Shown here one piece after another: positions 30,230 through 39,611 of a stretch of 64,000 nt of DNA. The DNA comes from Halorarum halobium (GTDB taxonomy: Archaea; Halobacteriota; Halobacteria; Halobacteriales; Haloferacaceae). Every line of letters begins with the position of its first letter. Positions within the stretch are counted from its first letter, which is position 1. The notes under the pieces were generated by a model. That model worked only from the letters and a program-made list of their open reading frames with translations, had not been told where the DNA came from and did not search any database. The stretch spans positions 1 to 64,000 of the forward strand of contig NZ_CP134949.1 of assembly GCF_032116555.1 (NCBI RefSeq). The letters are read 5' to 3'. The position numbers and the translations under genes were made by a program.

Positions 30230-30517
30230 ATGTACGGACCACCCGCTCCGCGAGACCGTTCAGGTATCGACCAGCCCAGTTGGCAGGCAGTGTTCAGGGC
30301 CTACGCGATGCTGGCCGCGGGGGTCCTGTCGCTCTTGGCGATCGCCCGCCCGCTCGCCGCTGCCGGCGTCCTCGCGGCCGTCGTCGGCCCGTCGCTCGCC
30401 GCACGCCGAGCCGCCGCACTGGCTCGCTGTCTCCGGGTTTGCGGCGAGTTCACGGTCGACCTCGGCGGGAGCGTCCGCGTCACGGTCACGAGGACGGGCG
30501 TCGAGGCCGCTTCATGA
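30230..30517 (+). CDS. Small hypothetical membrane protein in ars operon
   Basis: ATG 30230, two hydrophobic helices, CxxC-like CLRVCG. Stop overlaps the arsN2 start (ATGA). Confidence 0.6.
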   Translation: MYGPPAPRDRSGIDQPSWQAVFRAYAMLAAGVLSLLAIARPLAAAGVLAAVVGPSLAARRAAALARCLRVCGEFTVDLGGSVRVTVTRTGVEAAS

Positions 30518-30963
30518 CCGAGCCGTCGATCACCCTCGAACCGGCGGGATCGAAGGGTATCGACCGCGTCGAGGCCGTGCTCGCGGCGAACGACCTCCCG
30601 AACGGCGACGTGCGGGCGAAGCCGGAGTGCTTCTATCTCGCGCGGTCGGACGCGGCGGTCGTCGGGGTCGGCGGCCTCGAACCGCACGGGGAGAACGGCC
30701 TCCTCCGGTCGGTCGTGATCGGTGAGTCGAACCGCGGGCGGGGGTACGGCGCGGCGCTGTGTGACGCCCTGGAGGCGCGGGCGAGCGAGGAGGGCGTGGG
30801 GACGCTCTACCTGCTGACGACGACCGCGGCGGGGTTCTTCCGCGGCCGCGGCTACGAGGCGCTCGACCGGGCAGCCGTTCCGTCTGCCGTCCGGGGGACG
30901 ACCGAGTTTACGGATCTCTGTCCCGCGTCGGCGACCTGTATGCGGAAGCCGCTGGACCGGTGA
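30514..30963 (+). CDS. arsN2: Arsenic-resistance N-acetyltransferase ArsN2 (GNAT)
   Basis: LLRSVV..RGRGYG, LYLLTTTA..FF, EF..LCPASA.CM. Confidence 0.9.
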   Translation: MTEPSITLEPAGSKGIDRVEAVLAANDLPNGDVRAKPECFYLARSDAAVVGVGGLEPHGENGLLRSVVIGESNRGRGYGAALCDALEARASEEGVGTLYLLTTTAAGFFRGRGYEALDRAAVPSAVRGTTEFTDLCPASATCMRKPLDR

Positions 30964-31076
30964 CCGTCCGCACGACGCTCCCCGGGGAAACCGGACGGCG
31001 CGTCTCCAGGGGAACTGGTGACCGGGTGGGTGCTGGTTTTCGACCGGGGCCGAGAGAATAGCCGTCGAGGGACGCT

Positions 31077-31997
31077 CTACTCGCCGCCCGGGTACGTTCT
31101 GGAGAGGTCCTCGGCCACCGCCCCGCCGTCGCCGAACCCCTCCGTTTCGACTCCACCATCGCCGTCTTGCGGTTCCGTCCCTTCGACCGTCGCGGGGCTG
31201 ACGCTTCCCGTCCGGTACCCCTCCAGGTCGAGCGTGACGTGGTCGAACCCCAGATCGAGCAGGTGCTCGCGCGCTGCCGTCACGAACTCGGGGTCGAGCG
31301 CGGCGGCCAGTTCGTCAGCGCCGACCTCGATGCGGGCGAGGCCGTCGTGGTCGCGTACGCGGAACTGCGAGAACCCCCAGGTTCGGAGCATGCGCTCGGC
31401 GTTCTCGATGCGGGTCAGGCGCTCCTCGGTGACCTCGATGCCAGTCGGGATGCGTGAGGAGAGACACGCCATCGAGGGCTTGTCGGCCACGTCGAGGCCG
31501 TAGTGGGCGGCGATCTCGCGCACCTCGTCCTTGGTGATGGCGGCCTCCAGCAGCGGGGAGGCGACGTTCAGTTCCTCGACGGCCTGGAGCCCCGGCCGGT
31601 GGCCCTCGCCGGGGTCGGAGGCGTTCGTCCCGTCACAGACCGTCTCGATGCCGCGCTCGCGGGCCGCCTCGTACATCCGCGAGAGCCGCATCGTCCGGCA
31701 GTGGTAGCAGCGGTCCTCGCCGTTGGTCACGAACTCGGGGTCCTCGAGCTCGGAGAACGACACGACCGCGTGCTCGATGCCGATGTCGTCGGCGACCCGG
31801 CGGGCGTCCTCGAGTTCCGCCGCGGGCAGCGTCTCGCTCCGCGCGGTGCAGGCCACGGCGTCCTCGCCGAGCGCGGCGTGGGCGAGCGCGGCGACCACGC
31901 TGGAGTCCACGCCGCCCGAGAAGGCGACGAGCGCGCCATCGAGGGTGGCGAGCGACTCCTTTGCGGCGGCGGCCTTCGCCGCGACGTCGTCGTTCAT
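31077..31997 (-). CDS. larE: ATP-dependent sacrificial sulfur transferase LarE
   Basis: PP-loop AFSGGVDS, RCYHC, DGTN.SD, RPG..A, KPS.ACLSSRIP, RVR.H, GYRTGS. Confidence 0.93.
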   Translation of the reverse strand: MNDDVAAKAAAAKESLATLDGALVAFSGGVDSSVVAALAHAALGEDAVACTARSETLPAAELEDARRVADDIGIEHAVVSFSELEDPEFVTNGEDRCYHCRTMRLSRMYEAARERGIETVCDGTNASDPGEGHRPGLQAVEELNVASPLLEAAITKDEVREIAAHYGLDVADKPSMACLSSRIPTGIEVTEERLTRIENAERMLRTWGFSQFRVRDHDGLARIEVGADELAAALDPEFVTAAREHLLDLGFDHVTLDLEGYRTGSVSPATVEGTEPQDGDGGVETEGFGDGGAVAEDLSRTYPGGE

Positions 31998-32200
31998 GGG
32001 TGAACTGTGGACTCGCGGGCCAAAAGGGCCGCGTTTGGGGCGATTCGTACTTTCAGATTCGGGTGGTGCTTCGACGCCTCGAAGCCGAACGAGGTCTGAA
32101 CGGGCGCGTCCCGGGGCGTCCAGGAGCTGAATCGGTCCCGCTCACCACGTCCGGTCCACGCGCGACCCTTTTCCCCGTCCACCCCACAACGCCACCAGGG

Positions 32201-33160
32201 ATGGAGTTCGGCTTCGAACTGGCGCTGTGTGCCCACCTCGAACGCGCGAGAGACTGGGTGCTCGCCCGCCAACTCGGGGGCGCAGTCGCCTCGCCCGGCT
32301 CCCGCGTGATGGACGTCGTCGGGATCGAGCCCGGCCCAGGGTTCGACGACCGGGCCAGCATTACCGACGCGGAGATCCCGCACGCCGCCATCGAGGCAGA
32401 CGTCGGCGTCGGGCAGGCGCGCGACTGGCGGGACGCGTTCGAGGGGCACCCGGATCACGCCCGCGAGCGGGTCGAGGCGGCGGTCGAGTGCGGCTTCCTC
32501 GCGCGCGGGCGGCGCGGCGGCCGGGAGTACGTCCGCCAGACCGCCCGCTACCCCGACGACTGGGTCGGCAAGCTCGTCGGCATCGAGAACAAGCCCGACC
32601 TCGGGACGCCGGGCGACCTCGAACGACAGCTCCGGTTCGACGTCTCGCTCGCCCTGTTCGACGAGGTGGTGCTGGCGACCACGAGCCACGTCACCGGCGC
32701 GCACCTGAACCGCATCCCGGACGCGGTCGGCGTCTGGCGGTTCGACCCCGGTTCGGGCGAGCGGACGGTGCTCCGCGAACCCGCGGAGCTGCCCGTGACC
32801 GAATCGGGCATCGAGACGGTCGGGGAGCGACCGTTACGGACCGAAATCGCGGTCGTCGACGCCGAGACCAAGGCGAAGAAACGCCGCCGCATCGCGGAGC
32901 GAGCCTACGGGAAGGGCTGGCGAACGTACGAGTTTCCGGACTGCGCGCGCTGTGTGGCGACCCCCGACGGCCGGTCCGAGTGCGCCCACTTCGACCGCGT
33001 CGTCAACCCGGCGGAAGCGTGCGGGCCGGACTGCTCCGGCTACGAGGAGAGTGAACCCGCGTCGGTCGATCCCGCGGCGCTCCGGGACGAGCACACCCCC
33101 TGGAACCGCGACCCGGCGGGGGCCGTCCGCAGACAGAGCGGGCTGGACCGGTTCGGGTGA
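32201..33160 (+). CDS. DUF5787-like haloarchaeal protein (putative PD-(D/E)XK fold with C-terminal Cys cluster)
   Basis: MEFGFELALCA.LE, ARQLG, R.MDVV, GIENKPDL, RIAERAYGKGWR, C..C...C...C...C. Confidence 0.7.
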   Translation: MEFGFELALCAHLERARDWVLARQLGGAVASPGSRVMDVVGIEPGPGFDDRASITDAEIPHAAIEADVGVGQARDWRDAFEGHPDHARERVEAAVECGFLARGRRGGREYVRQTARYPDDWVGKLVGIENKPDLGTPGDLERQLRFDVSLALFDEVVLATTSHVTGAHLNRIPDAVGVWRFDPGSGERTVLREPAELPVTESGIETVGERPLRTEIAVVDAETKAKKRRRIAERAYGKGWRTYEFPDCARCVATPDGRSECAHFDRVVNPAEACGPDCSGYEESEPASVDPAALRDEHTPWNRDPAGAVRRQSGLDRFG

Positions 33161-33205
33161 CGGCGGATCGGCCGTGGCCGCGGTGGCGACGGCAACCGCT
33201 CCCGG

Positions 33206-34720
33206 TCAGCCTCGCCGTCGAATCGCCGCCACGGCGGCGACGACCGCGAGCGCGACGACCACGCCCGCGCCGACGAGCGGCGCGGAGCCGCCGAGCGAGG
33301 GGCCGTCCTCGCGGGGCGGGACCGTCGTGGGGGCGGGGCCCTCGTCGGTGCCGCCGTCCGTCCCGTCGCCGCCGGTGTCGGTGCCGGCGTCACCGCCGCC
33401 CGTCTCGCCCCACAGCTCGTCGTCGGGGACGAGCCGGCTGCCGCCGTCCCAGCCCGTCAGGTACGCGTAACACTCCTCGATGCGCGCGGTGTCGTAGCCG
33501 GCGCTGCCTTGCATCCGGTGGGTACCCTCGGCCCTGAGCTGTCGCATCGTCGGCCCCTCGGAGCCGGGGTCGGTGCCGACGCGCTCGGCGTCGTACGGCT
33601 GCCAGGGGGTGTAGAACTCCCAGACGACCTCGCCGCGCGGCGTGACCTCCACGACCCGGTGGCCGTGGCGGTCGGTGACGAGCGTGTTGCCGTTCGGCAG
33701 GCGGTCGGCGTCGCGCGGTTCGTCGAGCCCGCCGCCCTCCAGCACCCACGTCTGCTCCCACTCGCCGTCGACGCGGGCGTACTCGACCACCCGGTCGTTC
33801 ATGCTGTCGGCGACGAGCACGGTGCCGGTGCCGTTCTCGCCCTCGATGTAATCCGGGTTGTGCTGCTCGTTCAGCACGTCGTAGTCGTCGTCCGAGCCCA
33901 GCGTCCACAGGATCTCCTTCGACTCGCGGTCGATGGCGATGGTCTGATCGAAGTTCCGGACCGAGACCATGAACACGCCGTCGCGGATCTCGTCAACGTC
34001 GTTGACGTGGGTCCAGTCCTCGCCGTGGGGCCCGCCGCCCGAGTGGGAGAAGCGGTCGGTGTGGTTCTCGAAGCGCCACTCCCAGACGGTCTCCTCGCGG
34101 GTGGCGTTGTAGACGACGACGCGGTTCCGGCCGTCGCCCTTGTCGACGGTGACGTACTCGTCGTCGCCGATCGCGTCCACGTCGTGGGCGTCCTCGACGT
34201 TCTCCAGCCGCCGGACCGACTCGTGCTCGCCGGTCGCCGGGTCGACGCGCTCGACGACGGAGATGCCCGGTTCGGTCGTCGCCACGAGCAGGTCGCCGTT
34301 CGCCATCGGGTCGACGTCGTAGAGCCACCAGCGGCCCGCCGCGCTGTCGTTGTGGACGCCGACGACCGAGCCGTTCGGGGCGACCCCGACCATCAGCGAG
34401 GCCGTCTTCCCGCCGGCGCGCGCGCCCTGGATCGTCAGCAGCGTCGTGGAGTCTGGCTCCTGGCTGATCGTGCCGACACAGGGGTTCAGGCTGCCGGACT
34501 GGCTCGACTGGACGCCCGTTCCGGCCACGCCGGCGACGCTCCCGGGTCCTGAGCCGCCGGTTCCGCCGGCGACGACGCCTCCGCCGGCCCCGCCGCCGAG
34601 CGCCGCGACCGCGGGCGAGAGCGCGAGCAGCGCGACGAGCAGCGCCGTCAGGGCCGCCGCGCGGCCGCGACCCGCTCCGGGCTCACGACCTCCACGGCGT
34701 CCTCCACCGGGACCCGTCAC
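33206..34720 (-). CDS. Secreted arylsulfotransferase (ASST)-like beta-propeller protein with C-terminal membrane anchor
   Basis: Signal peptide, HDVD, DWTHVNDVD, QHNPD, PRDADRLPNGNTL, C-terminal TM helix followed by RRRG. Confidence 0.85.
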   Translation of the reverse strand: MTGPGGGRRGGREPGAGRGRAAALTALLVALLALSPAVAALGGGAGGGVVAGGTGGSGPGSVAGVAGTGVQSSQSGSLNPCVGTISQEPDSTTLLTIQGARAGGKTASLMVGVAPNGSVVGVHNDSAAGRWWLYDVDPMANGDLLVATTEPGISVVERVDPATGEHESVRRLENVEDAHDVDAIGDDEYVTVDKGDGRNRVVVYNATREETVWEWRFENHTDRFSHSGGGPHGEDWTHVNDVDEIRDGVFMVSVRNFDQTIAIDRESKEILWTLGSDDDYDVLNEQHNPDYIEGENGTGTVLVADSMNDRVVEYARVDGEWEQTWVLEGGGLDEPRDADRLPNGNTLVTDRHGHRVVEVTPRGEVVWEFYTPWQPYDAERVGTDPGSEGPTMRQLRAEGTHRMQGSAGYDTARIEECYAYLTGWDGGSRLVPDDELWGETGGGDAGTDTGGDGTDGGTDEGPAPTTVPPREDGPSLGGSAPLVGAGVVVALAVVAAVAAIRRRG

Positions 34721-36066
34721 GTCGACGCCTCCAGCCTGACGAGCACGTCGTCACGCTCGCGCGGGAAGCCGTCCGTCGCCCGTCCGTCCCGGTTCGAGGT
34801 GATGGCGTAGATGCCGCCGTCGGTGCCCTGCTCGACGTGGCGGACGCGACCGAGTTCGTTTTCGAGCACCGGGTTCACGGTCGCGGTGTAGGCGTCGTCG
34901 AGCCAGTCGGCGTCGAAGCGCCGGCCGCCGTTCTCCGGCGGGAGTTCGGCCTCCGGCGGGGTGAGCGTCGTCACGAGCACCTGCTGGCTCCGCAGGCCGC
35001 CGACGATCAGCCGGTTCCGCCATGACGGGACGACGTCGCCGGTGTAGAACAGACAGCCCGTGGGCGCCCAGGTTCGGTTTCCGGTGTTGAACAGCGGGCG
35101 GTGGACGCCCTCCGCGTTCCGGTACTCCTCCTCGGTGCGGACGTCGGGCCAGCCGTAGTACGCGCCCGCCTCGAGGCGGTTGAGTTCGTCCTTCGCGGAC
35201 GGGCCGTGCTCGGTGGCGACGGTCGTCCCGTCGGGGAGCCAGGCGATGCCCTGCGGGTTCCGATGGCCGTAGGTGAACACCCGCGGGTCGCCCCCGTCGA
35301 TGTCGGGGTTGGCGGGCGCGGGTTCGCCGTTGACGGTGATGCGGAGCGTCGCGCTCCCGAGGCTCGACGGGTCCGTCCCGTTCGCCTCCTCGCCGCCGTC
35401 ACCGGTCGTCGCCCAGAGATGTCCGTGCGGGCCGAAGGTGAGCCGGCCGCCGTTGTGGATGTTCGAGCCCGGAATGCCCTCGACCAGCACCGTCTCGGTC
35501 CTCGAGGGGTCAGCCGCCGAGAGGTCGAACCGGGAGATCCGGTTCTCGCGCCCGTCGCCCTCGGGGGCGGTGTAGTAGACGAACAGCAGTTCGACGTCGG
35601 GGTAGCCGGGGTGGACCGCGACGCCGAGGGTGCCGCCCTCGCCGCCCTTCACCCACCAGGGCTGCTCGTCGTGGCCCGGCGGGACCGACCCGGCGTCGAT
35701 GGCGTCCTCGGGCGCGAGCACGGACTCGACGTCGCCCGCCGAAAAGCGCGTGACTCGACCGACCCGCTCGGTGACGAACAGGTCGCCGTTGGACGCGACG
35801 GAGACGTCCCACGGGATCTCGAGGTTCTCGACGAGGACGTTCACCTCGACGTCGGCCGCCGGCGCGTCGGTCGGCACCGCCCAGTCCTCCGTCGGCGTGA
35901 ACGAGGTCTCGGGCTCCGGTGCGGCGGTCGGCGTCCCCGTCGGCGTGTCCGGCGAGCCGAGGTCCGGCGGCTCGTCGTCGGGAGGGCTCTCCGGCTGGCT
36001 ACAGCCGGCGACGGCGGCGGCACCCAGCGCCGCCAGCGCCCGGCGTCGGGACCAGTGGTTCGACAT
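34717..36066 (-). CDS. PQQ-dependent glucose/sorbosone dehydrogenase family Tat lipoprotein
   Basis: SRRR.L, AVAGC lipobox, LEIPW, HNGGRL.FGP, GHRNPQG, EHGP, GRVR. Confidence 0.9.
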   Translation of the reverse strand: MSNHWSRRRALAALGAAAVAGCSQPESPPDDEPPDLGSPDTPTGTPTAAPEPETSFTPTEDWAVPTDAPAADVEVNVLVENLEIPWDVSVASNGDLFVTERVGRVTRFSAGDVESVLAPEDAIDAGSVPPGHDEQPWWVKGGEGGTLGVAVHPGYPDVELLFVYYTAPEGDGRENRISRFDLSAADPSRTETVLVEGIPGSNIHNGGRLTFGPHGHLWATTGDGGEEANGTDPSSLGSATLRITVNGEPAPANPDIDGGDPRVFTYGHRNPQGIAWLPDGTTVATEHGPSAKDELNRLEAGAYYGWPDVRTEEEYRNAEGVHRPLFNTGNRTWAPTGCLFYTGDVVPSWRNRLIVGGLRSQQVLVTTLTPPEAELPPENGGRRFDADWLDDAYTATVNPVLENELGRVRHVEQGTDGGIYAITSNRDGRATDGFPRERDDVLVRLEAST

Positions 36067-36248
36067 GTGCGTTGGGACCGGTGGCTCGGGGAAGTGTTTT
36101 CCGGGTACGGGTGAACCGGAACGGAGACAGCTCCGAACCGACCGTCGGCGGAACCTCGGATTCTCGAACGGCGGACGAACCGACCAAATTGGGAAGAATA
36201 CGACCGAATCGGGAGGGTTCGCGCACGACCGGTGGTTCCCGAGACGCG

Positions 36249-36668
36249 TCACCGATCCGACGACGTCGACCCGCCGGCACCGTCGACCGGCGTCGAAGCG
36301 TCGGTCGATCCCGACTCCCCGGCGATCCCCAGTCCGGCCACGGCGCCGGCGACCGCGACGCCGAACACGAACGCGGCGAGCAGGCCGGTCGGAAGCGAGC
36401 CCAGCCCGAGCGCGTCGCCGAGCCGCAGGGCCGCCCCCGCCGACAGGTTCAACAGCACGACGTAGACGAACAGCCAGCCGGGGATCGTCGGGCCGTCGTG
36501 GCCCGTTCCCCAGGCGTCCCACTGGCGGATCAGGCCGTTAGCCGCGATCGCCCAGACCAGCCCGTGTGCGAGCGGGAACAGCAGCACGCGGGGGAACCCC
36601 TGGTACGTGAGCGCGGCCGGAACGAGGAACGCGACGAGAGTGAGGAGCCGACGGGCGCGGTCGTCCAT
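36249..36668 (-). CDS. Hypothetical membrane protein
   Basis: Four hydrophobic helices, ATG at 36668. Confidence 0.65.
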   Translation of the reverse strand: MDDRARRLLTLVAFLVPAALTYQGFPRVLLFPLAHGLVWAIAANGLIRQWDAWGTGHDGPTIPGWLFVYVVLLNLSAGAALRLGDALGLGSLPTGLLAAFVFGVAVAGAVAGLGIAGESGSTDASTPVDGAGGSTSSDR

Positions 36669-36737
36669 ACCGTCCCACACGCGTCCAGCCACAAAACCAC
36701 GGGCGGTCGGGAGCCCCTGGAATCGAGCAGGGGCGGG

Positions 36738-37808
36738 TTACAGCAGCCCCATCGCGGCCAGCACCACCGTCAACACGTCGCCGTAGACGAGCGACACCAC
36801 CAGCCCGAAGAACAGCGGGACGACGAACGGCAGCCCCGGCGACACCCAGACCGCGTCGGCCTCCGACACCGTCTCCAGCCCCTCGCGGAGCGTCGCCGGG
36901 TCGGTGCCGTAGGCGGTTCCCTCGAGGGAGTCGAGGAAGCGCTCGGCGGCCCACGGGTCCTCGTACTCGGGGGCGTCCACCGGCTCCGCATCCGCGACCG
37001 TCCCGTCGACCGATTCACCCGCGGTGGACGTCCCGCCGTCCGTCCGCGGGCCGACGTGGACCGCGCCGTCCGTCGGGTTCGCGGTGTCGGTCACGCTATC
37101 GGGGTTCCGGTGACGCTCCGGGTCGGCGCGGAGGTCCGCGAGCGTGCTCCCCCGCCAGCGGAGATACATCCGGAGTGCGTCGAGGTCGAGGCCCCGCGAC
37201 GGGAGTCCGTCCCCGGCCTCGAGCAGCGAGCCGTGACGGTCCGGCAGCGTCCCGATGGAGGCCCACTCCCCGACGAACATCGCGGGGGAGACTCGACCGG
37301 CGAGCGCGTTCCGGACGCCGAGCGAGAGCACGAACACCGCGCCGAGCAGCACGGCGTTCGTGAGCGCCGACATCGCCGTGACGCCGAGCGTCGAGGGGAC
37401 CACGGGATAGACGGTGTCGTGGAGCCACGTCACGCCCGGCAGCACCCACGTCGGGACGATGTACTCGGGCGTGCCGGGGAACACGACCGCGAGGGTGACG
37501 AGCGCCTTCATGTCCGCGCCGCCGAACGCCGCCATGCGATACGCGAGCACGGAGAACGGGACGAGAAACAGCAGCGCGAATCCCGTCCGGATCAGGAACA
37601 GCCGTCCCTCGTAGCCCGCGAACGGGTAGAGGGCGGCGGCGTCGAGCGCGAGCGCGACGAGGCCGACCGCGACGAGCGGCGGCCAGAGCCGGTTGGGGAG
37701 CCGACGGGTGCGGACGTCTCGGTAGGCCGCCCAGGCGAACGCCGGCACGACCAGGAGGCGGAGCAGGTCGGCCAGCGTGGCGATGCCGAGCACGGTCATT
37801 GGGGGCAT
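36738..37808 (-). CDS. pibD: Prepilin/prearchaellin peptidase (A24 family)
   Basis: AA.RDVRTRR, FGGADMK catalytic Asp, DLDALRMYLRWRG, VWVSPGLPF. Confidence 0.9.
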   Translation of the reverse strand: MPPMTVLGIATLADLLRLLVVPAFAWAAYRDVRTRRLPNRLWPPLVAVGLVALALDAAALYPFAGYEGRLFLIRTGFALLFLVPFSVLAYRMAAFGGADMKALVTLAVVFPGTPEYIVPTWVLPGVTWLHDTVYPVVPSTLGVTAMSALTNAVLLGAVFVLSLGVRNALAGRVSPAMFVGEWASIGTLPDRHGSLLEAGDGLPSRGLDLDALRMYLRWRGSTLADLRADPERHRNPDSVTDTANPTDGAVHVGPRTDGGTSTAGESVDGTVADAEPVDAPEYEDPWAAERFLDSLEGTAYGTDPATLREGLETVSEADAVWVSPGLPFVVPLFFGLVVSLVYGDVLTVVLAAMGLL

Positions 37809-37889
37809 CGGGGACCGGGGGGAGTTAGCCGTTGGGAATCGCGGTGCGGACGGCGTGCCCCGGGTCGGCGGCCGCGGTGGCGCGGGCGG

Positions 37890-38900
37890 TTACTCCGCCG
37901 TGGGTTCGCGCACGGCGGCGCGCTGGTCGGGGATGAGATCGAAGGCGGGTTCCACGTCGCCGAGCACGAGGAGCGCGTAGTAGCGCAGGTACGTCTGGAC
38001 CGGCACCTGCACGAGCGCCGCGACGGCGACGAGCGACAGCCCGAACAGGAGGGCGAAGACGGCGAGCAGCCCGATGCCGACCGGTTCGGCGACGAACGCG
38101 AACACGGCGATGCCGAGCGCGGCGAGGAGCCCGAACGGGATGAACAGCGCGACCGCCACGAGTGCGGTCACGATGCCGACGGCCAGCCCGCCGAGGACGG
38201 AGAGGAAGAACCCCACGACGGCGTACGCGAGGTACTGCACCCACTGGTCCGTGATGGTCGGCCAGAGCCGCCGCCAGCCGGCGAGGACGCCGCCGCCCTC
38301 CAGCACCATGAGCGGGACGACGAACACGGTCGTGAACCCGTTGACGAGGCCAGCCACGAGCGCGAGCAGGAGGAGGAGCGGCAGCAGGACCACGAAGAGC
38401 GCGATGGCGACGCCGCCGCCGACCCCGCCGACGCCAAGCAGCGGGAGCACGAACGGCGCTGCGAGGAGCAGGACCGCGCCGAACACGAACAGGCCGACGA
38501 CCAGTCGGAACGCGAACAGCCGCACGCCCTGCCGCCAGCGGCGACCCCAGTAGCGCCTGATGGTGACCTCCCGGTTCCGGAGCGACTCGACGAAGACGAA
38601 CTCCATGATCGACCCGACGAGAGCGAGCGACAGCGCGACGAGCAGGACCGCGCCGACGACGGCGGCGACCGCGAGCCACGCCCGCGGGCCGAGGTCGGGG
38701 AACGCCATCCCGCCCGGCGGCGTTCCCCCGGTACCGTCCCCGCCGGGACCGGCCTGGAAGCTGCTCGTGCCCGCGCCCGGCCCGCCGACGAAGAACACGA
38801 CGACCGCGAGTTTGACCCACACGGTTCGGTCGATCGGGGTGAGGAACTCGCGGGTGACCGCCAGCGCGTCGTCGACGTTCTCGAGAGCGTGCAGGGCCAT
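37890..38900 (-). CDS. Conserved haloarchaeal integral membrane protein
   Basis: W.KLA.V.FF.G, SIMEFVFV, T..FVVP.M, PV..YLRYYAL.VL, multiple TM helices. Confidence 0.75.
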   Translation of the reverse strand: MALHALENVDDALAVTREFLTPIDRTVWVKLAVVVFFVGGPGAGTSSFQAGPGGDGTGGTPPGGMAFPDLGPRAWLAVAAVVGAVLLVALSLALVGSIMEFVFVESLRNREVTIRRYWGRRWRQGVRLFAFRLVVGLFVFGAVLLLAAPFVLPLLGVGGVGGGVAIALFVVLLPLLLLLALVAGLVNGFTTVFVVPLMVLEGGGVLAGWRRLWPTITDQWVQYLAYAVVGFFLSVLGGLAVGIVTALVAVALFIPFGLLAALGIAVFAFVAEPVGIGLLAVFALLFGLSLVAVAALVQVPVQTYLRYYALLVLGDVEPAFDLIPDQRAAVREPTAE

Positions 38901-39052
38901 GGGGCCCCGTACGGCCGCCAGCATGAAGAGAGTAGGAGTCGGTCGACGCGTGGTCGGGGCTCGGCCTCGTCGGGTCGGAGCTCAAGTGGCGTCGAACGTG
39001 TGAGAAGATGGCCGCAGCGTCGTCGGTCGTCGCAGAAACCGGACGTCGCCGA

Positions 39053-39442
39053 TCAGATGACGCGGTTCTGCAGGTAGTCGAGATGCTTCGCGTTGTAGAC
39101 GATCTGAATCTCGTCGGCCGCCGGCGAGCCGATGCAGGTGAGCCGGACGTTCTTCTCCTCGACCTCCTCGTCCGAGAGGATCTGCTGCATGTCCATGTCG
39201 ATCTCGCCCTCCGTCACGATGGCCGCGCAGTTGGCGCAGGCGCCGGCGCGGCACGAGAACGGCCAGTCGTACCCCTGTGCCTCCGCGGCCTCGAGGATGT
39301 ACTCGCCCTCGTTCACTTCGAGTTCGCCGTAGTCCTCGTCGTCGAGGCCGGCGTCGGCAGCCTCCGCGAAGAGGTCGTCGTCGTCCATCTCCCAGCCGTG
39401 GTCATCGAGCACTTCGTAGTTGAGGTATTCGACCGTGGGCAT
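39053..39442 (-). CDS. fer: Haloarchaeal [2Fe-2S] ferredoxin
   Basis: [41 protein letters not shown]. Confidence 0.97.
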   Translation of the reverse strand: MPTVEYLNYEVLDDHGWEMDDDDLFAEAADAGLDDEDYGELEVNEGEYILEAAEAQGYDWPFSCRAGACANCAAIVTEGEIDMDMQQILSDEEVEEKNVRLTCIGSPAADEIQIVYNAKHLDYLQNRVI

Positions 39443-39611
39443 CAAGGCCGGATTCGGCGGCCGCCCAATTAGATGTTGCTATCTCCGTGCCCGAATTCGC
39501 CATCCTCGGGGGATTAGGCCGGCCGAAACCTCTGGATTCGAGCCGGGCGGGCGGTGCCGTCCGCCTCCCGAACCGACCGCACAGTCACCCGACGGGAGCC
39601 GGATCGGGCCC

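Noticed and set aside
35919..39077. 1052-aa plus-strand ORF
   Set aside because: Antisense shadow of pibD and neighbouring minus-strand genes. Arg-rich, with no domain motifs, typical of high-GC DNA.
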